A DNA stretch of 32,000 nucleotides from an uncultured archaeon (GCA_964551375.1 CAZKBG010000001.1:914136-946135), one strand, 5' to 3'. Shown: positions 9,094 through 17,871, counted from the first letter of the stretch. Notes: generated by a model not told the origin, from the letters alone. Translations and numbers: made by a program.

Positions 9094-9140
9094 ACTCTTT
9101 GCAAATGCAAAGAGTATTTTTAATTTTTGGTTTTTTTTTT
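9094..9140 (+). terminator. Terminator-like perfect hairpin followed by T tracts
   Basis: ACTCTTTGC-AAAT-GCAAAGAGT perfect 9-bp stem, then ATTTTTAATTTTTGG and a run of 10 T, in the L2-S19 spacer. Confidence 0.7.
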
Positions 9141-9161
9141 ACATTTAGCAGGTGAAGAAAA

Positions 9162-9563
9162 ATGGCAGCAATAACAAAAGAATTGACATTTAGAGGAAAG
9201 AAGCTTCCTGAGCTTCAAGCGCTAAGCGTTGCAGAATTCGCAAAGCTATGCACTTCAAGAGCAAGAAAATCACTGCTAAAAAACGGCGTGAACAAGAAGA
9301 TGCTAAAAAAAGTTGAAGCATTCAAGAAAAACCCAAAAGCAAAAGCAATTAGAACACACAGAAGAGACTGGGTAATAGTGCCAGCAATGATAGGCGCAAA
9401 ATTCGCAGTGCACAAAGGAAAAGAATTTGAAAGCATCGAAATTACAGTTAAAATGTTAGGACATTACTTAGGAGAATTTGCATTAACAAGAAAGAAATTA
9501 CAGCACGGAAAAGCAGGAATCGGAGCAACAAAGAGCTCGACTGCAGTAACCGCAAGAGGATAA
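9162..9563 (+). CDS. rps19: Ribosomal protein uS19
   Basis: Contains KAIRTHRRDWVIVPAMIGAKFAVHKGKEFESIEITVKMLGHYLGEFALTRK. Confidence 0.95.
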   Translation: MAAITKELTFRGKKLPELQALSVAEFAKLCTSRARKSLLKNGVNKKMLKKVEAFKKNPKAKAIRTHRRDWVIVPAMIGAKFAVHKGKEFESIEITVKMLGHYLGEFALTRKKLQHGKAGIGATKSSTAVTARG

Positions 9564-9580
9564 AATTAGGATAAAATTTA

Positions 9581-10063
9581 TTGGTGAAGAAAATGGCGAA
9601 AAGCAATTACCAGGCAGAAGTTGGAAAAGCAAGCAAGACTGCAAGAGCAAAAATAAACAATGCTCCAATCTCAGTTAAATACTCTACTGAAATCTGCAAC
9701 AAAATAAAGACACGAAGAGTGAATGAGGTAATTGAATGGCTGAACAGAATCGAAGCCCACGAAGAATTCCTTCCGCTTAACAAATACCACAAGAAAGTTG
9801 CCCACAGAAAGGGAGACTCAAAGAGCGGAGAAAAAGCGGGAAGATTCCCTGAAAAAGTAGCAAGAGAATTTGTTAAATTACTTGAACTTGCAAAGTCAAA
9901 CGCGGACTTCAAGGGATTTGACGCTGAAAAATTAATGATTATCCACGCATTCGCAAATATGGGGATGAACAGATACAGCTACCAGTCAAAAGGAAAAATA
10001 GCTGGAAAAGCAAGAAGAAGAAACGCGACAAACATAGAAGTAATCGTGCAGGAAGCAAAATAA
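9581..10063 (+). CDS. rpl22: Ribosomal protein uL22
   Basis: SPISVKYSTEICNKIK-type L22 segment, VAHRKG, and C-terminal NMGMNRYSYQSKGKIAGKARRRNATNIEVIVQE. Start may be the ATG slightly downstream of 9581. Confidence 0.9.
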   Translation: MVKKMAKSNYQAEVGKASKTARAKINNAPISVKYSTEICNKIKTRRVNEVIEWLNRIEAHEEFLPLNKYHKKVAHRKGDSKSGEKAGRFPEKVAREFVKLLELAKSNADFKGFDAEKLMIIHAFANMGMNRYSYQSKGKIAGKARRRNATNIEVIVQEAK

Positions 10064-10072
10064 ATTTGGAGA

Positions 10073-10981
10073 ATGAAATTTACAGGTGTCACAATGATTG
10101 AACGAACATTCATACAAAAAAGTTTCAATAAAATGGAACTTGAAGAATACTTAACAAAGAAACTTGATAGAGCAGGCTTTTCGCACTTAGAAATAATCAA
10201 GACACCTCTTGTAACAAGAATAGTTCTTTACGTTGCAAAGCCAGGGCTAGCAATCGGAAAAGGCGGATCGACTATAAAATTACTAACTGACATTGTTGCA
10301 AAGAAATACAAAATAGACAATCCGCAGATTGAAATACAGGAAATAAAAAACCCTAACTTAAACGCTAAAATCCTTGCAGAAAGAATGGCTGGGATGATAC
10401 AGAGAGAATTCTCATGGAGAAGCATTGCATACAAATTAGTAAAAGATGTAATCGACTCTGGAGCCCAAGGAGTTGAACTTGTAGTTAAAGGAAAATTATC
10501 CGGAAAAGGCGGAAGAAAGAAAAAAGTAAGAATTGCATACGGATACATGAAGAAGCTTGGAGCACAGACTAAATGGGTTGACTCAGCAAAAGCAGCAGCA
10601 TATCCAAAAGCTGGAGCAATAGGAATCAGACTGATGATAATACATCCTGATGTAATCTTCCCTGATAAAGTTGACGCTAAAAAAACAATTACAAAAATGA
10701 AAGCATCACAGATTGAAGCAAAAGAACAGCTTGAAAAGAAAGAAGCAAAAGCTGAAGTAACTGCTGAAGTTAAAACTGAAGCAAAAGTTGAAGCTAAGGC
10801 TGAAGTAAAAGCAGAAGCAAAAGCAGAAGAAAAGAAGGAAGCAAAACACGAACACAAAGAAGCTAAAAAAGAAGTTAAGCACGAACACAAGGAAGCAAAG
10901 AAGGAAGTAAAACACGAAGCAAAGGCAGAAGCGAAATCAGCTGAAGCAAAGTCAGATCCAGTGGCAGAGGAAAAGAAGTAA
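10073..10981 (+). CDS. rps3: Ribosomal protein uS3 with long K/E/A/H-rich C-terminal tail
   Basis: KH domain LYVAKPGLAIGKGGSTIKLLTDIV and core VKGKLSGKGGRKKKVRIAYGYMKK. Long repetitive tail. Confidence 0.95.
   Translation: MKFTGVTMIERTFIQKSFNKMELEEYLTKKLDRAGFSHLEIIKTPLVTRIVLYVAKPGLAIGKGGSTIKLLTDIVAKKYKIDNPQIEIQEIKNPNLNAKILAERMAGMIQREFSWRSIAYKLVKDVIDSGAQGVELVVKGKLSGKGGRKKKVRIAYGYMKKLGAQTKWVDSAKAAAYPKAGAIGIRLMIIHPDVIFPDKVDAKKTITKMKASQIEAKEQLEKKEAKAEVTAEVKTEAKVEAKAEVKAEAKAEEKKEAKHEHKEAKKEVKHEHKEAKKEVKHEAKAEAKSAEAKSDPVAEEKK
10844..10918 (+). repeat. In-frame tandem repeat in uS3 tail (two 33-bp units plus partial third)
   Basis: Encodes KHEHKEAKKEV-KHEHKEAKKEV-KHE. Confidence 0.9.
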
Positions 10982-11007
10982 GTTTGAAAATTTGAAAAGG
11001 GATATTT

Positions 11008-11220
11008 ATGACAAAAAAGCACCAGGAATTATTAAAAATGACTGAGAATGAGCTTAACGCTAGAGCCATAGAGCTAAAGCAGGACCTTGCAAAAGAAAGA
11101 GCGACAGTTGCAAGCGGAACAAGAAGCGAAAAACCTGGAAAAATAAGAAAAATACGAAGAGAAATAGCAAGAATACTTACCGCAATGAATGCAAAGAAAA
11201 AAAAGGGGGAAAGGAAGTAA
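11008..11220 (+). CDS. rpl29: Ribosomal protein uL29
   Basis: LLKMTENELNARAIELKQDLAKERATVASGTRSEKPGKIRKIRREIARILTAMNAKK. Confidence 0.93.
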   Translation: MTKKHQELLKMTENELNARAIELKQDLAKERATVASGTRSEKPGKIRKIRREIARILTAMNAKKKKGERK

Positions 11221-11529
11221 ATGCAAGAAATTGACAAGATCAGCGGATTACCAAAGGATTTGTTTGACATTAGCAATATTGCTAAAGAACAGCAAAAAAT
11301 CAAGGTTGATGTAATAAGGAGAAAATTCTCCAAATTCGTAACACTGGTAACAGGAATTGATGACAAAGACACAGTAAAAGAACTTGGAAAAGAAATGAAA
11401 CAAAAATTTGCATGTGGCGGAACAGTAAAAGACAATGAAATTGAATTACAAGGGAAACACAAAAATAAGGTTGTAGAATTTTTGATTAAAAAAGGTTATA
11501 AGAAAGAATTAATCGAAGCAAGAGGATGA
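11221..11529 (+). CDS. Translation initiation factor eIF1/SUI1 family
   Basis: VDVIRRKFSKFVTLVTGID, LGKEMKQKFACGGTVKDNEIELQGKHKNKVVEFLIKKG. Located between L29 and Rpp29, a common archaeal position. Confidence 0.93.
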   Translation: MQEIDKISGLPKDLFDISNIAKEQQKIKVDVIRRKFSKFVTLVTGIDDKDTVKELGKEMKQKFACGGTVKDNEIELQGKHKNKVVEFLIKKGYKKELIEARG

Positions 11530-11539
11530 AAGTGGGAGG

Positions 11540-11842
11540 ATGATAAAGGAAAAAAAATACGAGATCACAAAGGAAAACCTATCGGCGCACGAATTAATCG
11601 GCCTGAAGGTGAAAGTGATCAAAAGCAGCGACAATGCAAGGATTGGAATAAGCGGAATTATCGTTGATGAAACGCAAAATACGCTAAAAATCCAAGGCAA
11701 GCACAACGGCAAACAAAAAGAATTTATCATACCGAAAAAAGAATGTGAATTTGAATTTGAAATTGGAGATGAAAAGGTTATAATTAAAGGAAATGAGATT
11801 GCAAAAAGACCGCAAGATCGAACAAAGGATTGGAGGAATTAA
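11540..11842 (+). CDS. RNase P protein component 1 (Rpp29/Pop4)
   Basis: LSAHELIGLKVKVIKSSDNARIGISGIIVDETQNTLKI...KRPQDRTKDWR. Confidence 0.9.
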   Translation: MIKEKKYEITKENLSAHELIGLKVKVIKSSDNARIGISGIIVDETQNTLKIQGKHNGKQKEFIIPKKECEFEFEIGDEKVIIKGNEIAKRPQDRTKDWRN

Positions 11843-12180
11843 TGATGGCTGAAAAGAAACCAAAGACAGAAAAGAAAAAGTCACAAGAGACAGTAATGCA
11901 AATGAAAAGAGAAGAAACTAAATTCCCGATTCGCGGAAACATATTCGAAGGAAGAGTAATCTCGGCAAAAGCAAACAAGACAGTTACAGTTGAAAGACAA
12001 TTGACTCAGTACATAGCAAAGTACGAAAGGTACAAAAAAATCAGATCAAGAATTAAAGCGCACAACCCTGAAAGCATAAACGCAAAAGAAGGGGACTGGG
12101 TAAGAGCAGGAGAAACAAGAAGAATCTCAAAAACAAAGTCATTTGTAGTAATGGAAGTAATCAAGGGGCAGAGACAGTAA
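11842..12180 (+). CDS. rps17: Ribosomal protein uS17
   Basis: IRGNIFEGRVISAKANKTVTVERQ...YERYKKIRSRIKAHNPESINAKEGDWVRAGETRRISKTKSFVVMEV. Start at 11842 or 11845 after a GGAGG-like SD. Confidence 0.94.
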   Translation: MMAEKKPKTEKKKSQETVMQMKREETKFPIRGNIFEGRVISAKANKTVTVERQLTQYIAKYERYKKIRSRIKAHNPESINAKEGDWVRAGETRRISKTKSFVVMEVIKGQRQ

Positions 12181-12203
12181 GAGAATAAAATTTATCGGTG
12201 ATT

Positions 12204-12605
12204 ATGATGAGAGCAATGAGTATACTAAACAACAAAGGATTAACTCTACACAGCAGAATACTCTGCGCGGACAACTCAGGCGCAAAAGAAGTTGACATAA
12301 TCTCAGTATTCGGATACAAGAGCAGGAAGAAACAGTACCCGGCTGCAGGAATAGGCGGACTTGTTAACGTTGTAGTTAAGAAAGGAAAGCCAGAAATGAA
12401 GGGAAAGATTGAAAGAGCTGTAATCATAAGAACAAGACAGCAGTTCAGACGCCCAAACGGAATGAGAGTTAAATTTGACGACAACGCAGTTGTTTTAGTT
12501 GATGAAGAAGGACTTCCAAAAGCATCAGAAATAAAAGGATGCGTAGCAAAGGAAGTAGGCGAAAGATTCCCAAAAGTTGCGGGACTAGCGCCAATGGTAG
12601 TTTAA
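12204..12605 (+). CDS. rpl14: Ribosomal protein uL14
   Basis: LHSRILCADNSGAKEVDIISVFGYKSRKKQYPAAGIGGLVNVVVKKGKPEMK...FDDNAVVLVDEEG. Confidence 0.95.
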   Translation: MMRAMSILNNKGLTLHSRILCADNSGAKEVDIISVFGYKSRKKQYPAAGIGGLVNVVVKKGKPEMKGKIERAVIIRTRQQFRRPNGMRVKFDDNAVVLVDEEGLPKASEIKGCVAKEVGERFPKVAGLAPMVV

Positions 12606-12637
12606 ATTTAGAAATGGATGATTGAAAAGGTGAAAAG

Positions 12638-12994
12638 ATGAGCAAGAAACCAAGCAAGTCAAGGAAGCAGATGTACAACATGCCGATGCATAAAGTAGCA
12701 AAAGCAATGGCTGCGCATTTGAGCGAAAAGTTGGCAAAAGAGCTTGGAAAGAGATCAATCAGCCTGAGAAAAAATGACGTTGTTAAAATCATGCGAGGAG
12801 AATTTGCTGGAAAAGAAGGCAAAATAAAATCAGTTGAAAGAAAATCAAGAAAAGTTTTCATTGAAAAAATTGTTAAGAAGAAATCAAACGGAGCAGAAAG
12901 AGACGTTCCAATTGATTCATCAAATGTATTAATAGTTGACATTGACAGAACAGACAGAAAGAGATTTGCAAGCAAAAAGGAGGCGAAAGAATGA
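12638..12994 (+). CDS. rpl24: Ribosomal protein uL24
   Basis: LSEKLAKELGKRSISLRKNDVVKIMRGEFAGKEGKIKSVERKSRKVFIE. Confidence 0.94.
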   Translation: MSKKPSKSRKQMYNMPMHKVAKAMAAHLSEKLAKELGKRSISLRKNDVVKIMRGEFAGKEGKIKSVERKSRKVFIEKIVKKKSNGAERDVPIDSSNVLIVDIDRTDRKRFASKKEAKE

Positions 12995-13701
12995 GCACTA
13001 AAGGAGAAAGCAAGAGATCAAAAGCAATCAGCATGCCAAAACAGATAAACATGGGAAGAAAAGGAAACTACTGGACAATAAGAGCTAAATCAGGCCCTCA
13101 CAACAAAGAAACAGCGATGGCTTTAGGCTTAATAATTCGAGATTTCGCAAAAGTAGCAACTACGCTAAAAGAAGCAAAAGAAATTTTAAACAACGGAGAA
13201 GTAAAGGTAAACGGAATAGTTCGAAACGAACACCAGTTCCCTGTTGGATTATTTGATATTGTATCAATAGAAAAGCAGAAATTATTTTTCAGAATAATGC
13301 TTGACGACAAAGAGAGATTATTGGTAAAATTGCTGGATAAAAACAGCATGGAAAAAATAAGCAAAGTTTCATCAAAGATAATGACAAGCGACGGAATCCA
13401 AATAACAACAAACGATGGAAGAGTATACACGGGAATAAAAGCAAACGTAGGGGATTCGCTAAAAATTAAACTGCCTGAAGGAAAGGTTGAAGAAGTTCTT
13501 GAATTCAAGGACGGCTCTACAGCTTATCTTACAAAAGGAGCTCACTGCTCTGAACTGGCAACAGTAAAAGGAATAATTGAAGGAACAGCAAGAAGAGCAA
13601 AGCTTGTGAAACTTTCAAATGGAAAAGAAGATTTTGAAACAATAGCGGAAAATGTTTTCATAATCGGAAAAAATAAAGCAGCTCTAGCGGAGATGCACTA
13701 A
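12991..13701 (+). CDS. rps4e: Ribosomal protein eS4
   Basis: WTIRAKSGPHNKETAMALGLIIRDFAKVATTLKEAKEILNNGEVKVNGIVR...FPVGLFDIVSI. Confidence 0.95.
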   Translation: MSTKGESKRSKAISMPKQINMGRKGNYWTIRAKSGPHNKETAMALGLIIRDFAKVATTLKEAKEILNNGEVKVNGIVRNEHQFPVGLFDIVSIEKQKLFFRIMLDDKERLLVKLLDKNSMEKISKVSSKIMTSDGIQITTNDGRVYTGIKANVGDSLKIKLPEGKVEEVLEFKDGSTAYLTKGAHCSELATVKGIIEGTARRAKLVKLSNGKEDFETIAENVFIIGKNKAALAEMH

Positions 13702-13745
13702 ACAAAAGGACAAATGAAGAGGAAAATTGGATTTAAGTGAGTGTT

Positions 13746-14240
13746 ATGCAGGAAGTATTGTTGGATAAAGTTGTAGTAAATATGGGCGTAGGTTCTGAGC
13801 CCGAAGACATGAAGAAAGGCACATTGATAATGCAGTTAATCACTGGAATGAAGCCTGCTCAGACAATATCCCAAGCAAGAATACCTGACTGGGGACTAAG
13901 ACCAGGAATTCCAATAGGAATAAAAGTAACGCTAAGGGACGAAAAAGCAATGGCATTTTTGAAAAAAGCATTCATAGCAAAGTCAAACAAGTTAGCTGAA
14001 AAAAGCTTTGACAAAGCGGGAAACTTTGGATTTGGAGTAAGAGAATATATTGACCTTCCTGACGCAAAGTATGACCCAAAACTTGGAATAAAAGGATTTG
14101 ATGTTTTAGTATCACTGAAGAAAAAAGGATACAGAGTAAAACTAAGAGCGCTTAAGACAACAAAAGTAGGCGCAAAACAGAAGATTACAAAAGCGGAAGC
14201 AGTTCAATTCGTAAAAGACATGGGAATTGAGGTTGAATAA
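13746..14240 (+). CDS. rpl5: Ribosomal protein uL5
   Basis: LDKVVVNMGVGSEPEDMKKGTLIMQLITGMKPAQTISQARIPDWGLRPGIPIGIKVTLR, and GNFGFGVREYIDLP. Confidence 0.95.
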   Translation: MQEVLLDKVVVNMGVGSEPEDMKKGTLIMQLITGMKPAQTISQARIPDWGLRPGIPIGIKVTLRDEKAMAFLKKAFIAKSNKLAEKSFDKAGNFGFGVREYIDLPDAKYDPKLGIKGFDVLVSLKKKGYRVKLRALKTTKVGAKQKITKAEAVQFVKDMGIEVE

Positions 14241-14256
14241 TTATTTTAAGAGGCAG

Positions 14257-14463
14257 ATGAATATGGTAGACTTTGAAGCAAAGGCTGTTCTTGTAAAGAG
14301 GAAGCAGAAATCAAAAAATGACAAGATGAAGAAAAGAACGCCTGGCGAAAGAGAATGCAAAATATGCGGAACAAGAAAAGGCATGATAAGAAAGTACAAA
14401 ATGGGTATTTGCAGAAGATGCTTCAAAGAAAGAGCTAACGATTTAGGTTGGGAGAAATACTGA
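14257..14463 (+). CDS. rps14: Ribosomal protein uS14 (zinc-binding type)
   Basis: ECKICGTRKGMIRKYKMGICRRCFKERANDLGWEKY with CxxC...CxxC. Confidence 0.92.
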   Translation: MNMVDFEAKAVLVKRKQKSKNDKMKKRTPGERECKICGTRKGMIRKYKMGICRRCFKERANDLGWEKY

Positions 14464-14472
14464 GGTGATGAA

Positions 14473-14865
14473 ATGGCACAACAAGATCCAATAGTTGACG
14501 CACTCGCGAAGATAAGAAATTCAGAAGTGGCATCAAAGACAGAATGCACAGTTAAACCTGCCTCAAATTTCTTAGGCGACATACTGAAGATAGCAAAAGA
14601 CAACGGTTACATTAACGACTACAAAAAAGAAGACGCAAACGGAATAATTTCATTTAATATACAATTAAGCGGAAAGATGAACGAATGCAAGGCAATAAAA
14701 CCAAGATACGCTGTTAAGAAAACAGAGTTTGAAAAATACGAAAAAAGATACCTTCCTGCAAGAGATGTTGGACTATTAGTAGTATCAACTTCGCAAGGGT
14801 TAATGACTCACGCAGAAGCAAAGTCAAAGAAACTCGGAGGAAGACTAATTGCATTCATGTATTAA
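14473..14865 (+). CDS. rps8: Ribosomal protein uS8
   Basis: DPIVDALAKIRNSEVASKTECTVKPASNFLGDILKIAKDNGYI...RDVGLLVVSTSQGLMTHAEAKSKKLGGRLIAFMY. Confidence 0.95.
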   Translation: MAQQDPIVDALAKIRNSEVASKTECTVKPASNFLGDILKIAKDNGYINDYKKEDANGIISFNIQLSGKMNECKAIKPRYAVKKTEFEKYEKRYLPARDVGLLVVSTSQGLMTHAEAKSKKLGGRLIAFMY

Positions 14866-14895
14866 TGAACTTGCAAAAAACAATAGGTGATAATT

Positions 14896-15480
14896 ATGGC
14901 TGGAACAATGATAAAGACAATAAAACTGCCAAGCGAAATACACGCAAGTCTTGAGGAAGGGCACTTGACTCTAAAAGGGCCTAAAGGAAGCCTGACAAGA
15001 GAATTCAAAAACTACAGACTAAAAGTTACAGCCCATGGAAATGAGGTTAAAATTGAAGGAACTCCAAACAACAAGCAGACATTAGTATTAATCGAAACAC
15101 TTACAGCGCACATTAGAAACATGGTTGAAGGATTAATTTACGGTTACAAATACCAGTTGAAAGTTGTTTACTCGCACTTCCCAATGTCACTAGCGGTTGA
15201 AAAGGGAACAGTAAATATCAAAAACTTCCTTGGAGAAAAATTCCCAAGAAAAGCTCCAATAATCGGAAGCACAAAAGTTGAAGTTAAAGGACAGGACGTT
15301 ACAGTTAGCGGAATTGACAAAGATGCTGTCGGACAGACTGCGTCAAATATGGAAAAGAAAACAAAAGTGAAGAACAAGGATATAAGAAGATACCAGGACG
15401 GAATATATCTTGTTGAAGTTTCAAACATGGAAGAAAAGAAAAAAGGAAAATTAATCGAAGAAATAATTGAGAAGAAGTAA
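14896..15480 (+). CDS. rpl6: Ribosomal protein uL6
   Basis: LTLKGPKGSLTREF, SHFPMSLAVEKGTVNIKNFLGEKFPRKAPI and DIRRYQDGIYLVEV. Confidence 0.94.
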   Translation: MAGTMIKTIKLPSEIHASLEEGHLTLKGPKGSLTREFKNYRLKVTAHGNEVKIEGTPNNKQTLVLIETLTAHIRNMVEGLIYGYKYQLKVVYSHFPMSLAVEKGTVNIKNFLGEKFPRKAPIIGSTKVEVKGQDVTVSGIDKDAVGQTASNMEKKTKVKNKDIRRYQDGIYLVEVSNMEEKKKGKLIEEIIEKK

Positions 15481-15502
15481 TTTTTGAAAAACGGTGAATT
15501 TT

Positions 15503-16075
15503 ATGGCTGAAAAGAAAGCAACGGACAAAAAGTATGCTGAAAAAGCAGACGCTAAAGTTGAAAATGCAAAAGCTGAAACTTTAAAGACTGAAAAACAGTC
15601 TGAAAAAGCTGAAAGCAAAACCGAAAGCAAGGCAACAACTGCTGTAAAGAAAGAAGCTAAGAAATTCATCCAGTACGTTAAAAAAGAAAACAAGGCAAAA
15701 AGCAAGGAAGCAAGAGAAAACCAGAAGAAGCTATTGGCAAAAACTCACACTCCTGTATTTAGAGGAAGATTCGGAAAGAAAAACATCCGAAGAAAATCAA
15801 TCGCAAAATGGGACAAGTGGAGAAAACCTCACGGAATTGATCTTGACAAGGGATTACAGCACGGATTTCGGCCAAAAATCGGATACGGAAGAGCTGTTGA
15901 AATTAGAGACATACACCCATCAGGATACATTGATGTTTTAGTATGCAACATAAATGATCTTGAAAAAATCAATCCAAAAGTTGAGGCAGCAAGATTCTCA
16001 AGAACTATTGGAAAAAGAAAAAGAAATGAATTAATGAAAAAAGCAAACGAAAAAGGAATTTGGGTATTAAACTAA
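15503..16075 (+). CDS. rpl32e: Ribosomal protein eL32 with Lys/Ala/Glu-rich N-terminal extension
   Basis: Core FRGRFGKKNIRRKSIAKWDKWRKPHGIDLDKGLQHGFRPKIGYG. About 60-aa charged N-terminal extension. Confidence 0.94.
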   Translation: MAEKKATDKKYAEKADAKVENAKAETLKTEKQSEKAESKTESKATTAVKKEAKKFIQYVKKENKAKSKEARENQKKLLAKTHTPVFRGRFGKKNIRRKSIAKWDKWRKPHGIDLDKGLQHGFRPKIGYGRAVEIRDIHPSGYIDVLVCNINDLEKINPKVEAARFSRTIGKRKRNELMKKANEKGIWVLN

Positions 16076-16101
16076 GGATAATATTTAGCTAGGTGGATTT
16101 G

Positions 16102-16545
16102 ATGGAATCAAAAAAAGCAAAGGAACTCGCAGCAAGAATACTAAAAGTCGGAGAAGGAAGAATATTCATTCAGCCTGACCAAGTATCAAAAGTTGCTGAA
16201 GCAATGACAAAAGACGATATAAGAACATTAATTGCTGAAAGAGTAATCAAGAAAAGAGCATCTGCCAGCCAAAGCATGGGAAGAGCAAGAGCATTAAAAG
16301 CCCAGAGAGCAAAAGGAAGAAGAAGAGGAAAAGGAAAAAGAACTGCAAGAAAGAGAGTAAGAATGGAGCAGAGAGACAGCTGGATCGGAAGAGTAAGATC
16401 ACAGAGAAGCACACTTAGAGAATTAAAAGAAAAAAATCCTGAAGCAGTAAAAGCAGCAGGATACTCAAAGACCTACAAGAGAATTAAAGGAAATTACTTT
16501 AGAGGAAAAAGACATTTAGTTGAATACATAGAGGGGGCGAAGTAA
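16102..16545 (+). CDS. rpl19e: Ribosomal protein eL19
   Basis: SKKAKELAARILKVGEGRIFI...SMGRARALKAQRAKGRRRGKGKRTARKRVRMEQRDSWIGRVRSQR...NYFRGKRHL. Confidence 0.95.
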   Translation: MESKKAKELAARILKVGEGRIFIQPDQVSKVAEAMTKDDIRTLIAERVIKKRASASQSMGRARALKAQRAKGRRRGKGKRTARKRVRMEQRDSWIGRVRSQRSTLRELKEKNPEAVKAAGYSKTYKRIKGNYFRGKRHLVEYIEGAK

Positions 16546-16546
16546 A

Positions 16547-17113
16547 ATGGCTCACAAATCCACATATGAAGTACAATTTAGAAGAAGACGCGAAGGAAAG
16601 ACAGATTACAAGAAGAGACTTGCTTTAGTAAAATCAAAGAAAGTAAGAATCGTTGTAAGAAAAACAAACACAAGAATCATCGCACAGGCTATGAAATTCG
16701 ACCTTAAAGGAGATATTGCAATTGCATCAGTTGATTCAAAAGAACTAAAGAAGTACGGATGGCACGGAACAAACAACACTCCATCAGCATACTTAGTTGG
16801 ATTCTTGCTTGGAAAGAAAGCCGGAAAACAGCCATGTGTTCTTGACATCGGGAGAAAACACCCAAGCCACGGAAGCGTAATCTTTGCTGCATTAAAAGGA
16901 GCAGTTGACTCAGGGCTTGAAATGCCATACAGCGCGGACGCAGTGCCAAGCGAAGACAGATTAAACGGAAAAGTGCTTGATGATTACGCAAAGAAATTAG
17001 GCGACAAGGCAAAAGTTGTATTTGCAAGTTACATAAAGGAAGGAATCCAGCCAGGAACTTTCCAAAAAACTTTCGAAAAAGCAAAAGCTGAAATTGCGAA
17101 GGTGAAAGCATGA
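16547..17113 (+). CDS. rpl18: Ribosomal protein uL18
   Basis: TYEVQFRRRREGKTDYKKRLALVKSKKVRIVVRKTN...YGWHGTNNTPSAYLVGFLLGKKA. Confidence 0.95.
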   Translation: MAHKSTYEVQFRRRREGKTDYKKRLALVKSKKVRIVVRKTNTRIIAQAMKFDLKGDIAIASVDSKELKKYGWHGTNNTPSAYLVGFLLGKKAGKQPCVLDIGRKHPSHGSVIFAALKGAVDSGLEMPYSADAVPSEDRLNGKVLDDYAKKLGDKAKVVFASYIKEGIQPGTFQKTFEKAKAEIAKVKA

Positions 17114-17871
17114 ATAGACGAGGCGAAAATAAAGGACCAACTGCAGGAAAGCACGGCGGAAACAGAAGACCAAGAGCTGAAGAAACTGAAATCGAAAAGA
17201 TTGAAAGAGAAATAGTTGAAAGACAAGCGGTTTTAGCAAATTGGGTTCCAAAAACTGATCTTGGAAGAGCAGTAAAAGCTGGAAAAATTACAAACATTAA
17301 CGAAATATTTGACAAAGGAATGAGAGTAATGGAGCCTGAAATAATGGATTCATTATTAAAACTTGAAGACCACTTAATTCAGCTTGCGAGAACAACAAGA
17401 GTTACAAGAGCTGGAAGAAAATACTCTTACAGAGCAGAAGTAATCGTTGGAAACAAAGACGGATTTGTTGGGGTAGGAACAGCAAAAGACGCTGATAGAT
17501 TCCCAGCAATCAACAAAGCAAAAAGAGTTGCAAAATTAAACTTAATAAGAATATACAGAGGATCAGGCTCATGGGAAGAGCAGGCAACTGACGAAAAACA
17601 CTCGGTTCCATTCAAAGTTGAAGGACAAACAGGAAGTGTAAGAGTAACATTAATGCCTGCGCCAAAAGGAACTGGACTGGCTGTGGGAAAAGCAATAAGG
17701 CCAGTGCTTGAACTTTCAGGAATCAGAAATGTTTGGGGAAGAACAAAAGGAAGATCATCTATACACTTAAACTTTGTATTAGCAGCGATTGATGCTCTGT
17801 CACAAACAGGAAAAATGAAAGCATCAAGAGACATTGAAAGAAAAATGCAAAAAGAAGTAAGAGCACATTAA
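17110..17871 (+). CDS. rps5: Ribosomal protein uS5
   Basis: WVPKTDLGRAVKAGKITNINEIF, RAEVIVGNKDGFVGVGTAKD and GIRNVWGRTKGRSS. 4-nt overlap with L18. Confidence 0.96.
   Translation: MNRRGENKGPTAGKHGGNRRPRAEETEIEKIEREIVERQAVLANWVPKTDLGRAVKAGKITNINEIFDKGMRVMEPEIMDSLLKLEDHLIQLARTTRVTRAGRKYSYRAEVIVGNKDGFVGVGTAKDADRFPAINKAKRVAKLNLIRIYRGSGSWEEQATDEKHSVPFKVEGQTGSVRVTLMPAPKGTGLAVGKAIRPVLELSGIRNVWGRTKGRSSIHLNFVLAAIDALSQTGKMKASRDIERKMQKEVRAH

Noticed and set aside
10844-10918. Possible CRISPR or other repeat array
   Set aside because: Repeats are in-frame, directly abutting without spacers, and encode a KHEHKEAKKEV tail of S3.
10228-11462. Long minus-strand ORFs (10228..11022, 264 aa; 10875..11462, 195 aa; 10706..10915)
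   Set aside because: They are F/S/L/C-rich shadows of Lys/Glu-rich S3, L29 and SUI1 genes. No recognisable domains, while the plus strand encodes clear proteins.
12469-12975. 168-aa minus-strand ORF opposite L14/L24
   Set aside because: Shadow ORF opposite two confident ribosomal protein genes.
16704-17871. Minus-strand ORFs opposite L18 and S5 (16704..17315, 17427..17834 and similar)
   Set aside because: Antisense to well-supported ribosomal protein genes, with low-complexity hydrophobic composition typical of AT-rich shadow ORFs.
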